A stretch of DNA of 64,000 bases, taken from NCBI GenBank assembly GCA_964551725.1, contig CAZKED010000001.1:42119-106118 (forward strand). The letters are read 5' to 3'. Source of the stretch: an uncultured archaeon (GTDB lineage Archaea; Iainarchaeota; Iainarchaeia; Iainarchaeales; DTGL01). The notes under the pieces are model-generated. The model worked only from the letters and a program-made list of their open reading frames with translations. It ran no database searches and was not told the DNA's origin. Every line of letters starts with the position of its first letter. Positions within the stretch are counted from its first letter, which is position 1. The translations under genes were made by a program, and so were the position numbers. This document shows, one piece after another, positions 11,901 to 19,760 of the stretch.

Positions 11901-14900
11901 CAAGCAACGGGGCATATTACTGCAGGTTAAGCAATGACGGAACAAGCTGGGCGGGCTGGCAGGACTACAATGGAGCGGACAAAAACTATCCCTGGACGCT
12001 CACAGCGGGAGACGGAACAAAAACGGTTTACGTTGCCTGCAAAAACAATGCGGGACTTGAAGCAAGCAATTCAGAAAACGTGGTACTCGACACAACCGCG
12101 CCGGACGGCGTGAGCATTGCAATAAACGACGGAAACCAGTTCACTACAAGCAGGGACATAACAATTGACGTTAACGCACTGAACGCAAAAACATGCGAGT
12201 ACAGCGTTGACGGAACAACCTGGGACACGGTGACAGACTGCAACACCGAAAACTTCAACACGCCGAACGACCTGCCGGCAGGAGACGGATTGAAAACGGT
12301 GTGGTTAAAGGCAACGGATGCCGTGGGAAACTTCACAACCGCAAGCGCTACAATAACACTGGACACTACAGCGCCTGACACAGCGCCAACGGCAACCGCA
12401 ACAGAGAGCGGCAACCAGATTGTTGTAACATGGACAGCCGGCTCTGACGCAACAAGCGGCGTTGACTATTACAACCTTTACAGGAAAACAAGCGACGGAG
12501 TCGCAAAAACGGACACATTCGTGGCAGGCGGACTGAAAGGGCAGTCATATGTTGACTCGCCGGGAGTCAGCGGAAACTTCTGGTATGCCCTGACTGCGGT
12601 GGACTACGCGGGAAACGAGTCGGCAATCGGCACGGATTATGAAGCAGCGGTCGACTTCAATGCGCCGACGGGAACAGTAATAGTAATAAACGACGGGAAC
12701 GATTACACTAGGAGCAGGAACGTCACAATTGACACCAACGCTTCGGGCGCAGACATCTGCGAATATTCAACAGACGGATGGGCAACCGTGGTAGCAATAA
12801 CCTGTGATTCAGTGAACACCGCGGTAACGCTGCCCGACGGCGAGGGAGTGAAGACTGTATCCTTCAAGGCAACCGATGCGAATGCAAACGTGACGAATGC
12901 CGCGGACACAATAATCTACGATGCTACTGCACCAAACACCGAGCCGGTTGCAACCGCAGCATTATTGAACAACACTATAAGGCTCAACTGGACTGCTGCG
13001 GCAGACGCACTGAGCGGAATAAAGGAATACAGGGTTTACAGGAACAGGGGCGCAGCGCCAACACTGCACTCCGATTACATGCTTGTCGGCGGCGTTACAG
13101 GGCTTGTTTACACGGACCAGCCCACTTCAACAGGCACGTATTACTATAAGATAGTCGCAGTGGACAATTCGGACAACAACTCGGACGGAAGCAATACGGT
13201 GAACCAAGCGGTTGACTTTAACGCTCCAGTCGGAGTGAGCATTACAATAAACGACGGAAACCAGTACATTACCGACAGGACAAAAGCAACAATTGACGTT
13301 AACGCATTGGGAGCGGACAACTGCCATTACAGTACCGACGGAGGAGCAACGGAAACACCAATAGCGTGCACCGCTGCTGATACAGCGATAACGCTGCCTG
13401 CGGGAGACGGATTGAAGACAGTAATATTCTACGCAAGGGACTCAAACAACAACGCGACAACGGCAACGGACACAATAAAGCTTGATTCAACAAACCCGGC
13501 GAACGTTACAGGAACGCTTGCAGTTGTTTCAGGACAGCAGATAAAGGTTACATGGAACCAGGGAACGGACGCCACAAGCGGCGTTGACTACTACAAGATT
13601 TACAGGGATACCACAAGCGGGTTCGCTATTGCAGCCAACAAATATCTAGGGGAAACAAAGAACGTGTATTACTGGGACGCGCCGGGAAGCGGAACATACT
13701 ACTACAAGGTCACTGCAGTTGACTACGCCGGAAATGAAGGCACCACAACCGATCAGAATCACGCTGAACTCGACAAGACAGCACCCCAGACATCATTGCT
13801 CAGCATAAACGGGGGAGCATTGTACACTAATTCCGTAAACGTAACGCTGGCTTTGTTCAGTTCGGACAACAATGCTGTAGAACACTGCTGGGCAAGCAAT
13901 GATGGCAATACGTGGACAAGCATTGGAACCGTGGCAAGCTATGCCTGGGCTCTAAGTGCAGGCAATGGAGTAAAGTCAGTGTTCTACGTTTGCGAGGACT
14001 ATTCCGATAACAACTCTGCATTGAGCACCAAAACAATAATGCTTGACGCAACCGCGCCGAGCACCCCGGTTGCAGTGTGGCCGCTGGCTGCCGCGGTGTC
14101 AGGAGAAACATTCATGTGGGACTGGAACGCGTCAGTGGATGCCAATGTACCGGACGGGAACAGCGGAGTGCACCACTATTACGTGCAGTTGACAAGGAAC
14201 GGGACATTCCTGCAGGACGAAAACGTTTACGACACGCACTTGACGCTTGTGGGACGCACTCCCGGAGTTTACGTGCTGACAGTTGCCGGCGTGGACAACG
14301 CAGGAAACCAGTCGGGAACGCTGACGTTCTCCAACGTAACGGTTGATTTGACAATTCCAAGCGCTGCACCCACCAACCCGTTGCTCAATACGGGAGAGAG
14401 ATTCAAGTGGACAAACAGCACAAGCGTTGACTTCAACTTTACTGCAACGGACGACACGGCTGTTTCAGCATGCCTGATAACACCCTACAAGAACAAAGTA
14501 GCACAGACAGCGGTGGCAGTTGTTCCGGTAGGAGGAGTGTGCGGTTACACTTTAACCAGCCTGTCAAGCGGGGATTCAGCATATGCTACAATTGACGTTA
14601 ACGACAGCGTGGGCAACTGGAGCGGCAGCACAGTGAACACAGCAACCTACATTGTTGACACCACAGCGCCTGGAGTCGCAATAATCTCCCCGACATCAAG
14701 CTCAATACTCAGCGACACAACTCCAACGGTTAGATTCCACGCTTGGGACAGCTACGAGGAAAGCGACGTGAACACGGACTCGTTCGTGATTGACACCAAC
14801 GGAGTGACAAGGGTTGTTACAATAACGTGCGACAACAACGCTCCCAACAGCTGGGACTGCAACTTTGATGTATCGCCGGCATTCGCTGACCCGAGCACGG

Positions 14901-15409
14901 ACCAGAATCTTGAAGTAACAGTGTACGACAGGGCAGGAAACAGTTCCACTGCAACAGTAACGGACCTGAACTTTGACTCAAGCGATTACATAACAGTGGT
15001 AGATGTCAACGCGCACAAGTCAAGGGGAACAAATGCCAATACCTATGCAACTGGATGGCAGTGGGACTTCAACATCATTCTCGGAACAGCTTCGGGCAAC
15101 GACAAGAACAAGATAAGGTTCAAGCTGGCAAACTTCACTACTAGTTCAAACTATGCTGGGCTGAAAACGCTCGCGGTTGACGGAAACGCGAGAATGGTCT
15201 ACGACGCCAACGTCGGCGGAGCACAGTCTACGCAGACGTACAACATACAGACAGACTACAACGCTCAGAGAACAGTATATGCACTTTGGGACCACAACCC
15301 GAATACCGCGGGAATAGACGCAAACTTCTACATACAGGTGAAAATCCCAAGCCCCATGGCTTCGGGAACCTACAGGTCAACCTACGGCATAAGGTCGTAT
15401 AGCAGCTAA
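5987..15409 (+). CDS. Giant secreted surface protein (3140 aa) with Cys-pair modules, Ig-like and fibronectin-III-like repeats. Candidate adhesin or surface-layer component.
   Basis: A single unbroken ORF. A GGAGG ribosome-binding site lies 9 nt upstream. The N-terminal signal/anchor is LLLFAVLFTSLLLAIGTASA|TF. The N-terminal half repeats a module of roughly 170 aa ([IV]Y-S-D..C....DYNQYF....Y.[LK]V....C plus a VPDGN...DLS.G...NVA.VSG.H domain) about seven times. The C-terminal half alternates LDTTAP/NAP-bounded roughly 100-aa domains with FN3-like domains (LNWTA...YYYK.TAVD). There is no C-terminal TM. Confidence 0.8.
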   Translation: MNCKGAEKNSKNALTNFKGERSPPGFSQTKRLLLFAVLFTSLLLAIGTASATFRVRGDFPDTGLNYRVEAYDTAQANMCDGTPDNPGVDVNYFSSVYAAGDSSYDDDDDYDETSGSDLGGATLVYFYLCGPGGNAAAKVVEFTKVVNDGDDLEIDIGYVNGGGNTHNNLTGDYVFVCSAYGGYLLSSVNKQPTDGEGYTQYFYIDKNSVGTDADNPIDTAYVFFDNDTTNPCTWDDSKMAGRAIDLNASTPDNFGVYATYEPDQLSSGDTHMVLRDANIAVYNSSGKNVGLAHVGSFADGDGTLVDYNMYFDNPASGNLTIVLTPDGTPVSTAHKTNVYNVDRTIFSGGDYDFVVDVNEATGISTALNKVRVNMSKDTDAVYYQTVPTTSGATKVYDLFIDNNGTGWDDIQYMIGDVNEFIAKRNLSSETDRPIDVARVYGETDANLESGDDMIEIYSDSNCADANILNSQIEYPTETAGGNDYNQFFDVNGKATFYMKIKMRDGANDYNTCGNAFTLTSQEANQDITVDVTGKVPDGNISVIAVDIDQDGTDDANTVNVHSGVYHVFSVTDATLDENVIFYNGPYANDTVELTRIEDLSTAGTKTVNVAMVSGSTHTILNDGDAEDIITIHSDGACTTLLSSKNENPLTARTPDYNQYYESNGDINYYIKVNARRNATDYVSCIRLAGSGNGAVDNINIDQAIDGNAPVDVHRVGIDWTTANTINDVNSDVVGTGFLAFTPSASAGAEANIRFFDASGKLLLSRQKDLSTGGKQDINVANVGGDAHTVLEQGSSTIAVYSGFDNTTGALSTLVSSETVNPADAGGADYNQYFEYSGIDQNYFLKVTVVKNGVSYDTNGNVFMVDNTHFTGTTFIDHTDMTIDLTVDKDGNVTSDIHNVGIDYNQDGVMEAFAQVHGGQYHLVAQPDADGVDVNFYDSGRNSVFGTKRAALTAGNVKINVSKVSGELPSGFEGDNAYLQFDTNTCTINVYGDFNAVAATLTGTPDYTLYYDANGTDYNVVFCDDDTAVAKTELYVPFTSDSNGSVSRIISAGKVSGEAHAGLEGANGRVRIFSDSSCTAGNEISTHIAPTTDGTNADYNIFFYSHIGAGTYYLQADRASTFATCQSFDLDANGGTMPLNIDVEVEGEVPTGVGKIRTDVNSAFTADISANQYYIYAGKGDASDIVYFEDGGDTVLYRTTQDMSGNVASLDIGRIDGNLHANISTDDNVQVYNDAHCVTLRSSEDVNVDTANSNVYSRYFYSDNAGNIFLKVREGNYRECISVEEGDQKATIKNYDLNFLVYGNLGGDVNVIKLDLAQDGTDEIDANIDETATPNTYKIYFDGKDGNATFDINFYNVGTKRLQLAGKDATSDLNVHVGRVAGEMHANASAGANDAVTVYVTSDCETTLVSSQTVNATAAAGVDYSQYFEGDDTGTYYVQLAKDGKARTCSSGITLSNQENTSVDFNYEITGIIPNRASLATKDINAIKVANYIGRAVQHDYNMYVEGEGLTATETIAFYDDNAATATLLLTRTKDLSSGNTIDVNVAYVSGPTHAILTATDDINVCNMVPARTTTAPGYFGNCDVPGFKVSSEDSTNANDFNVYFEYDGNSTYFLEIVDTNVSTDYNSYHKIKNATKGAILYVPLDGVFNGKVTEEYDTSIGIADANVELRTGADGTDWNAYTFTVSDGNYAAFGNTLAGEQDFRFSKAGYITRDWSTNAGQMKDQQLSATLDTNLPSGVYVTVVDSGGQPITDANVALLSDVTTTPHTVLTGCVKPSGRCQRDSNNYAGGVYTFSGFTLPDDIVIKVSKPGYETVLVPDYNGGTAVYHTVTSSSQWAPTITFTNVAPGAVSLRTPLDNTYESTTTPTLKWFDLNVDEINYKVQVDDDFNFGSMAVNTYTGGGNIVAYTVPAATLANGSTYYWRVRAYDGVSDGDWSDIRSFTIDGTAPAAPTIGINTNEVYVNTVSITVTVTSNGAYYCRLSNDGTSWAGWQDYNGADKNYPWTLTAGDGTKTVYVACKNNAGLEASNSENVVLDTTAPDGVSIAINDGNQFTTSRDITIDVNALNAKTCEYSVDGTTWDTVTDCNTENFNTPNDLPAGDGLKTVWLKATDAVGNFTTASATITLDTTAPDTAPTATATESGNQIVVTWTAGSDATSGVDYYNLYRKTSDGVAKTDTFVAGGLKGQSYVDSPGVSGNFWYALTAVDYAGNESAIGTDYEAAVDFNAPTGTVIVINDGNDYTRSRNVTIDTNASGADICEYSTDGWATVVAITCDSVNTAVTLPDGEGVKTVSFKATDANANVTNAADTIIYDATAPNTEPVATAALLNNTIRLNWTAAADALSGIKEYRVYRNRGAAPTLHSDYMLVGGVTGLVYTDQPTSTGTYYYKIVAVDNSDNNSDGSNTVNQAVDFNAPVGVSITINDGNQYITDRTKATIDVNALGADNCHYSTDGGATETPIACTAADTAITLPAGDGLKTVIFYARDSNNNATTATDTIKLDSTNPANVTGTLAVVSGQQIKVTWNQGTDATSGVDYYKIYRDTTSGFAIAANKYLGETKNVYYWDAPGSGTYYYKVTAVDYAGNEGTTTDQNHAELDKTAPQTSLLSINGGALYTNSVNVTLALFSSDNNAVEHCWASNDGNTWTSIGTVASYAWALSAGNGVKSVFYVCEDYSDNNSALSTKTIMLDATAPSTPVAVWPLAAAVSGETFMWDWNASVDANVPDGNSGVHHYYVQLTRNGTFLQDENVYDTHLTLVGRTPGVYVLTVAGVDNAGNQSGTLTFSNVTVDLTIPSAAPTNPLLNTGERFKWTNSTSVDFNFTATDDTAVSACLITPYKNKVAQTAVAVVPVGGVCGYTLTSLSSGDSAYATIDVNDSVGNWSGSTVNTATYIVDTTAPGVAIISPTSSSILSDTTPTVRFHAWDSYEESDVNTDSFVIDTNGVTRVVTITCDNNAPNSWDCNFDVSPAFADPSTDQNLEVTVYDRAGNSSTATVTDLNFDSSDYITVVDVNAHKSRGTNANTYATGWQWDFNIILGTASGNDKNKIRFKLANFTTSSNYAGLKTLAVDGNARMVYDANVGGAQSTQTYNIQTDYNAQRTVYALWDHNPNTAGIDANFYIQVKIPSPMASGTYRSTYGIRSYSS
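7250..10420 (+). repeat. About seven divergent tandem copies of a two-domain protein module of roughly 170 aa (DYNQYF Cys-pair domain plus VPDGN/DLS domain) inside the 3140-aa gene
   Basis: DYNQ[FY][FY]-type motifs recur near 7434, 7948, 8467, 9000, 9272, 9750 and 10250. The repeat is at the protein level (about 30% identity) and is not a DNA-identical repeat. Confidence 0.55.
11470..14700 (+). repeat. Alternating Ig-like (INDGN.Y...R..TIDVNA.GA..CEYS.DG) and FN3-like domain repeats inside the 3140-aa gene
   Basis: At least four copies of the (L/F)(D/N)(T)TAP...INDGNQ[FY]T.SR..TID.NA...C.YS.DG...LP.GDGLKTV block, interleaved with W..TA..D..SG...Y.VYR...Y.K.TAVD blocks. Confidence 0.55.
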
Positions 15410-15431
15410 AAATGAAAAGGAGTAGAATGCT

Positions 15432-17075
15432 ATGAATAAACTCAGGGCTTCGGCCCTTTTATTTTTTATTTTAATTCTTGGAATAATGTTCATCAACGCA
15501 GCGGAAATAACAGGCACTATTGGCCCTGACGAAAACACGCAGAGCGGCTTTACCGGAGATAGCGGACCGGAAGGGGAAAATTTACTTACAAACGGCACTG
15601 CCTGCGATACAAACTCGCAGTGCAATTCCGGGCACTGTGCTTCGGACTACGATGGAGTGGGAAAATGGTGTGCTGCAGTGAATTACTGCGTGCACAACGG
15701 CACAATCACTTATTCCAACGGGAGTACGCTTTGCTCTAATGCAAGCACGCAGCAGACATGCACTAACGGAACGTGGATTGCGACAATCTGCACCGGAAGC
15801 TGCACAGGAGGAAAATGCGTTGCGGCCACCCCCACACCGACTCCTTCTGCGCCTCCAAGCGGGGGACAGCAACAGGGACCCGGTGGAGGAGCAGCGCCGG
15901 GGGCATCGCCGAGCCCCAGCCCGAGCGCAACCGCCACTCCGTCGCCCACTCCAACGCCGGAAGAGGAAACCGTGCTCGAGACCTCGAAAACGGGAACCGT
16001 GACCGCGGGGGACGTTGACAAGGTCTTGGATGAAGCCGGGGTAACCGATCCCGAGGAGAAGAAAAAGGCGCAGGTTGCAACAGGGCTGGAATACAAAAAA
16101 GAAATGAAGGTTGTGAAGAAAACAGACCCTGAAACAGGCGAGGTAACCTACGAATCGCAGTTCACCATTACGGTCAGGAACCCGACGGACAAAAAACTCA
16201 CCAACTTCTGCGTAATTCAGAGAATTCCCCCCGAAACAGGGGCAACAGCCGAAACATTCAGTTCCCCTTACGAGTATTCAATACTCTCCGAGGAACCACT
16301 GATAGTGCAGTGGTGCATAGGAGAACTCGGACCGCATGAATCCGTGAAAATAAAGTTCACAATAATGGAGCAGTTGACAGAGGAGGAATTCGACCTGTTT
16401 TCCGCCATAGGAACAGGCATAGAGGAAGAAGTGATAGTTGTAGGCAAGGGAAACGTGAAAGTCACGCTTTATGACTCGGAAACCGGCGCAGTCCTCGCGG
16501 TGCCGGTGAACGTAAAAATTTTCAGTGAAGACGGAGAGCTTGCGGCGGAAAAAATCGCCGCTCAGGGAAGCGTTGAATTCTTAGCCCTCAGCCCAGGAAA
16601 TTATTGGATTGAAACAGAGAAAACAGAAGAATACGAGGCGGGAGAATCAAGCACTTTTAAAGTGAAAGCGGACGAAACCGCGGAAGTGTCAATAAGCCTA
16701 GAGCCAGTGGAAGAGGTAATAATCCCGCCCGAGGCGGACTTGAGCGGCTTGATGTGGCTTATCATTATAGTGGCGGTGCTCGGTTTGCTGTACTATTTCA
16801 GGAAGCCGATTCTCGGAATGTTCGCGGCAAAGCCGGCTGCAAGGAAGGCGAAGACGCCGCTCGAAGAAGCCGCTGAGGAAGCGGAAAAGGCGGCTCCGGC
16901 AGCGCCTGCAGTAGAAGCCGAAAAACCAGCCAAACCGCCCAAAAAGAAGAAGAAAAAGAAAAGGAAGAAGCGAAAGAAGCGCAAGAAGAAAAAGAAGAAA
17001 AAGCCGAAGAAAGAGGAAAAGCCGGCCGAGCCCGCTCCCGTCATAGGCGGCGAGGGCACGGAATTCGGGGAATGA
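15432..17075 (+). CDS. Secreted Cys-rich type-I membrane protein with a roughly 100-aa polylysine cytoplasmic tail
   Basis: An AAGGAG ribosome-binding site precedes the start. The Sec-type signal is LLFFILILGIMFINA|AE. The Cys-rich N-terminal domain reads CDTNSQCNSGHCA...CTGSCTGGKC. This is followed by a Pro/Thr/Ser linker, a TM (LMWLIIIVAVLGLLYYF), and the tail ...KPPKKKKKKKRKKRKKRKKKKKKKPKKEEK. Confidence 0.7.
   Translation: MNKLRASALLFFILILGIMFINAAEITGTIGPDENTQSGFTGDSGPEGENLLTNGTACDTNSQCNSGHCASDYDGVGKWCAAVNYCVHNGTITYSNGSTLCSNASTQQTCTNGTWIATICTGSCTGGKCVAATPTPTPSAPPSGGQQQGPGGGAAPGASPSPSPSATATPSPTPTPEEETVLETSKTGTVTAGDVDKVLDEAGVTDPEEKKKAQVATGLEYKKEMKVVKKTDPETGEVTYESQFTITVRNPTDKKLTNFCVIQRIPPETGATAETFSSPYEYSILSEEPLIVQWCIGELGPHESVKIKFTIMEQLTEEEFDLFSAIGTGIEEEVIVVGKGNVKVTLYDSETGAVLAVPVNVKIFSEDGELAAEKIAAQGSVEFLALSPGNYWIETEKTEEYEAGESSTFKVKADETAEVSISLEPVEEVIIPPEADLSGLMWLIIIVAVLGLLYYFRKPILGMFAAKPAARKAKTPLEEAAEEAEKAAPAAPAVEAEKPAKPPKKKKKKKRKKRKKRKKKKKKKPKKEEKPAEPAPVIGGEGTEFGE
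16941..17015 (+). repeat. Imperfect AAG/AAA/AGG low-complexity tract encoding the polylysine tail
   Basis: The sequence aaaaagaagaagaaaaagaaaaggaagaagcgaaagaagcgcaagaagaaaaagaagaaaaagccgaagaaagagg was read directly. Confidence 0.6.
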
Positions 17076-17194
17076 GCAAATTCCCTGCTTCTTTTTTTAT
17101 TTTCTGTTTTTTTAAGTAGTTGGCGCTTTGCTGAACTGGCATTAGCGTTAAAAGAATTTTCTTTCCCTATTTTTCCGCTGAGAGAGTTGATTGA

Positions 17195-18988
17195 ATGCGG
17201 TTAAAGATTGAGAGGGAAAAGTGCGATTTATGCGAGTCAGCGCAGTGCATGAATTCGTGCCCGCTTTTTTTGGAAAAGAATGCGCTGAACTGCATCCACT
17301 GTAACCCGGAAGAAGCGGAGTGCAGGAATGCCTGCAGACGGAATGCCTTTTTTGAAATTGCCGAGGGCATTCTTTCAATCGACGAGGAAAAGTGCGATGG
17401 ATGCGGGGAATGCGTTAAAGCCTGCCCCTACAATGCAATTGTGCTGGTGAACGGAAAGGCGAGGAAGTGCAATCTCTGCGCCGAAAACGATTTCCTTGTT
17501 TCCTGCGCGGAGGGATGCGCGCGCGGGGCAATTTCAATCCGCTGGGAGAGGAAGGAAACCAGGGCAGCGGAAAAGGCATTCGGGTGGAGGGTTTTTCCGG
17601 TCAAGGAAAGGAACATGCGGGTTCTGAGGCATGGAAACAATGCGAGGATTGTCAAGTGCAACGGGAAAAAATGGTACTTGCTGGATTCAATGCCCGCGCT
17701 GACAAAGCAGGAAGCCGTGCTCCTCAGGAAAATACTGCGGGAATTCCAGGAAGGCAAATGGGAAAAGGGAAATCTGGAAGAGGCGGTGGAAAGGCATTGT
17801 TCCACGAATTCGATTGAACTGGGCGAGGAGCAGAAGGACTATTTTCTCGGTGTTCTGGGTTCTTCGGTGTACGGCTTCGGGCCTGTTTCCGTGCTCTTGG
17901 AGGACGAGGAACTCGAGGAGATTGCTCTCGCTGGATTGGGAAAATCGAATCCGTTGAGGGCATTCCACCGCGATTTCGGGTGGCTTGACTGCAATGCATA
18001 CTTTTCAAGCGGCAAAGCCGTGAGGAACCTGGTAAATAAAATGATTGGAAAGATGGAGAGACGGCTTTCCACTGCAAACCCGAGGGTGAACGGAATGCTC
18101 TCCGACGGAAGCAGGCTGAATGCAACACTGCCGCCTGTTTCGGTGGGAATGCCTTCTTTTACTATAAGAAAGTTCCACACTCAAAAAATGACTCCACTGG
18201 AGCTTGTGGGCAACAAAACATTCAGCGCGGAATTAATGGCTTTCCTTTGGCTTTCAATGCTCAGCGAGTGCTCCGTTCTCATAGCGGGAAACACGGGAAG
18301 CGGCAAAACAACCACGCTCAATGCCCTGTTTTCTTTTGTTCCAAGGGATGAAAGGATTGTCGTGGTGGAGGAAACCCCTGAAATGCATTTCCCGCACGCG
18401 CACTGCGTGAGGCTTAACACTCTCGAAAGCAGGAACATTAAAATGCAGGACCTCATCGCGGATTCGCTGAGAATGCGCCCGGACAGGATAGTAATAGGCG
18501 AGGTAAGGGAAAGGGGGGAAATAAAGGCGTTCGTTGACACGCTGCTGGCAGGGCAGGGAAAGGGCAGCTATGCGACAATGCACGCCCTGAGCGCAAGGGA
18601 AGCAGTTACAAGAATGAAGGCTTTCGGGGCAAGGGACGATGATTTGAAGGGAGTGGACCTTTTCATCGTGCAGAAAAGGTGGACTGAAACAGACCTGGAA
18701 AGGAACGAGCGGAGGGAAAAGAGGAGAATCACCGAAGTGGCTGAACTCGGGGAAAAAGGCAGGGCAAAGCGCCTTTTTTCACTTGACTTCCGAAGGGACA
18801 GAATAAAGAGGCATTCTTTTGGAAAAAAGCCCGTGGAAAAAATGAAAATCGCCTTCGGGCTTTCAAAGGGGGAAATAGAGGGGAAAATAAAGAAAAGGAC
18901 GCTTGCACTGGAGGAATGGAAATCCGAGAGACTTTGCCTTAAAGAGTTCTTTGAGAGGGCGTGTGCTTTCAGGGAGGATGGAAAATGA
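17195..18988 (+). CDS. FlaI/TadA/VirB11-family secretion ATPase with an N-terminal poly-ferredoxin-like (4x Cys-cluster) domain
   Basis: The N-terminal 110 aa carry CDLCESAQCMNSCP, CIHCNPEEAECRNAC, CDGCGECVKACP (CxxCxxCxxxCP) and CNLCAENDFLVSCAEGC. The ATPase core carries FTIRKF, Walker A LIAGNTGSGKTTTLNAL, Walker B RIVVVEETPE, and His-box RPDRIVIGEVRERGEIKAFVDTLLAGQGKGSYATMHA. Confidence 0.85.
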   Translation: MRLKIEREKCDLCESAQCMNSCPLFLEKNALNCIHCNPEEAECRNACRRNAFFEIAEGILSIDEEKCDGCGECVKACPYNAIVLVNGKARKCNLCAENDFLVSCAEGCARGAISIRWERKETRAAEKAFGWRVFPVKERNMRVLRHGNNARIVKCNGKKWYLLDSMPALTKQEAVLLRKILREFQEGKWEKGNLEEAVERHCSTNSIELGEEQKDYFLGVLGSSVYGFGPVSVLLEDEELEEIALAGLGKSNPLRAFHRDFGWLDCNAYFSSGKAVRNLVNKMIGKMERRLSTANPRVNGMLSDGSRLNATLPPVSVGMPSFTIRKFHTQKMTPLELVGNKTFSAELMAFLWLSMLSECSVLIAGNTGSGKTTTLNALFSFVPRDERIVVVEETPEMHFPHAHCVRLNTLESRNIKMQDLIADSLRMRPDRIVIGEVRERGEIKAFVDTLLAGQGKGSYATMHALSAREAVTRMKAFGARDDDLKGVDLFIVQKRWTETDLERNERREKRRITEVAELGEKGRAKRLFSLDFRRDRIKRHSFGKKPVEKMKIAFGLSKGEIEGKIKKRTLALEEWKSERLCLKEFFERACAFREDGK

Positions 18989-19755
18989 TTCATTTTCCTT
19001 TTTCCGCGGGGAAATTTTTCGGGGGGAAAATGGGACTGCTTCGCGCTGTTCTTGCCTCGCTTTTCCTCTGGTTTCTTTTCTCCCTTGTTTTTCCCGGAAT
19101 TGTAGAAGGAATCCTGTTTTTTCTTTTCTCCCTTTCCGGAATCTGCCTGTTCTCATTTTACGCTGCGGGGAGAGCGCGCAGGAGGCATGCCGAGAGAGTG
19201 AATGGAAGCATTCCCTTCTTTCTCCTGGGGCTCAGGGTAAAGCTTTTGCTTGGGAAAAGCATGGAGGAATGCCTCAGGGAACTGGGTGTTAAAGGAAAGG
19301 GCGCTTTTTATTCGGAGCTCGGGAAAACCGTGAGGGAATTCGAATGCCTGGGCGCGAGCGTTGAGGATGCTTTGCTGCATCTCGCGGAGAGGGTTGATTC
19401 CATTCCACTGAAGCGCGCTGTTTCCTGCATAGTGCAGCTGAGCGAGCAGGGCTTCTCTGCCGGGGAACTTAACTCGCTGGGCATACTTGCAAGGGAACTG
19501 CTCGCCGAGGAAAAGGCGAAAATAAGGGAATTCTCTGGGAAAATCGTTGTTTTTTCCCTTATGTTTGTGGCTGTTTCCGCTGTTTTTCCGGCACTGTTTC
19601 TCGCGTTTGTTGCCGTGGGCTCTCTTTTTCTCGAAATAGGGTTGAGCCCGCTGCAGGCGGTCGTTGTTCCTGTCGTGCTCTTTCCGCTCATTGACCTGGG
19701 GGCAATGCTTTTCATTCGGGAAAAAATTCCTCTCATCGAAGCGGGCGGGGCGTGA
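18985..19755 (+). CDS. T2SS-F-domain membrane protein (TadB-like half-platform)
   Basis: Its ATG overlaps the ATPase stop (ATGA), and an AGGGAGGA ribosome-binding site lies upstream. The topology is N-terminal TM helices, a cytoplasmic helical domain (LGASVEDALLHLAERV...GELNSLGILAREL), then two C-terminal TM helices. Confidence 0.6.
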   Translation: MIHFPFSAGKFFGGKMGLLRAVLASLFLWFLFSLVFPGIVEGILFFLFSLSGICLFSFYAAGRARRRHAERVNGSIPFFLLGLRVKLLLGKSMEECLRELGVKGKGAFYSELGKTVREFECLGASVEDALLHLAERVDSIPLKRAVSCIVQLSEQGFSAGELNSLGILARELLAEEKAKIREFSGKIVVFSLMFVAVSAVFPALFLAFVAVGSLFLEIGLSPLQAVVVPVVLFPLIDLGAMLFIREKIPLIEAGGA

Positions 19756-19760
19756 ATTAA

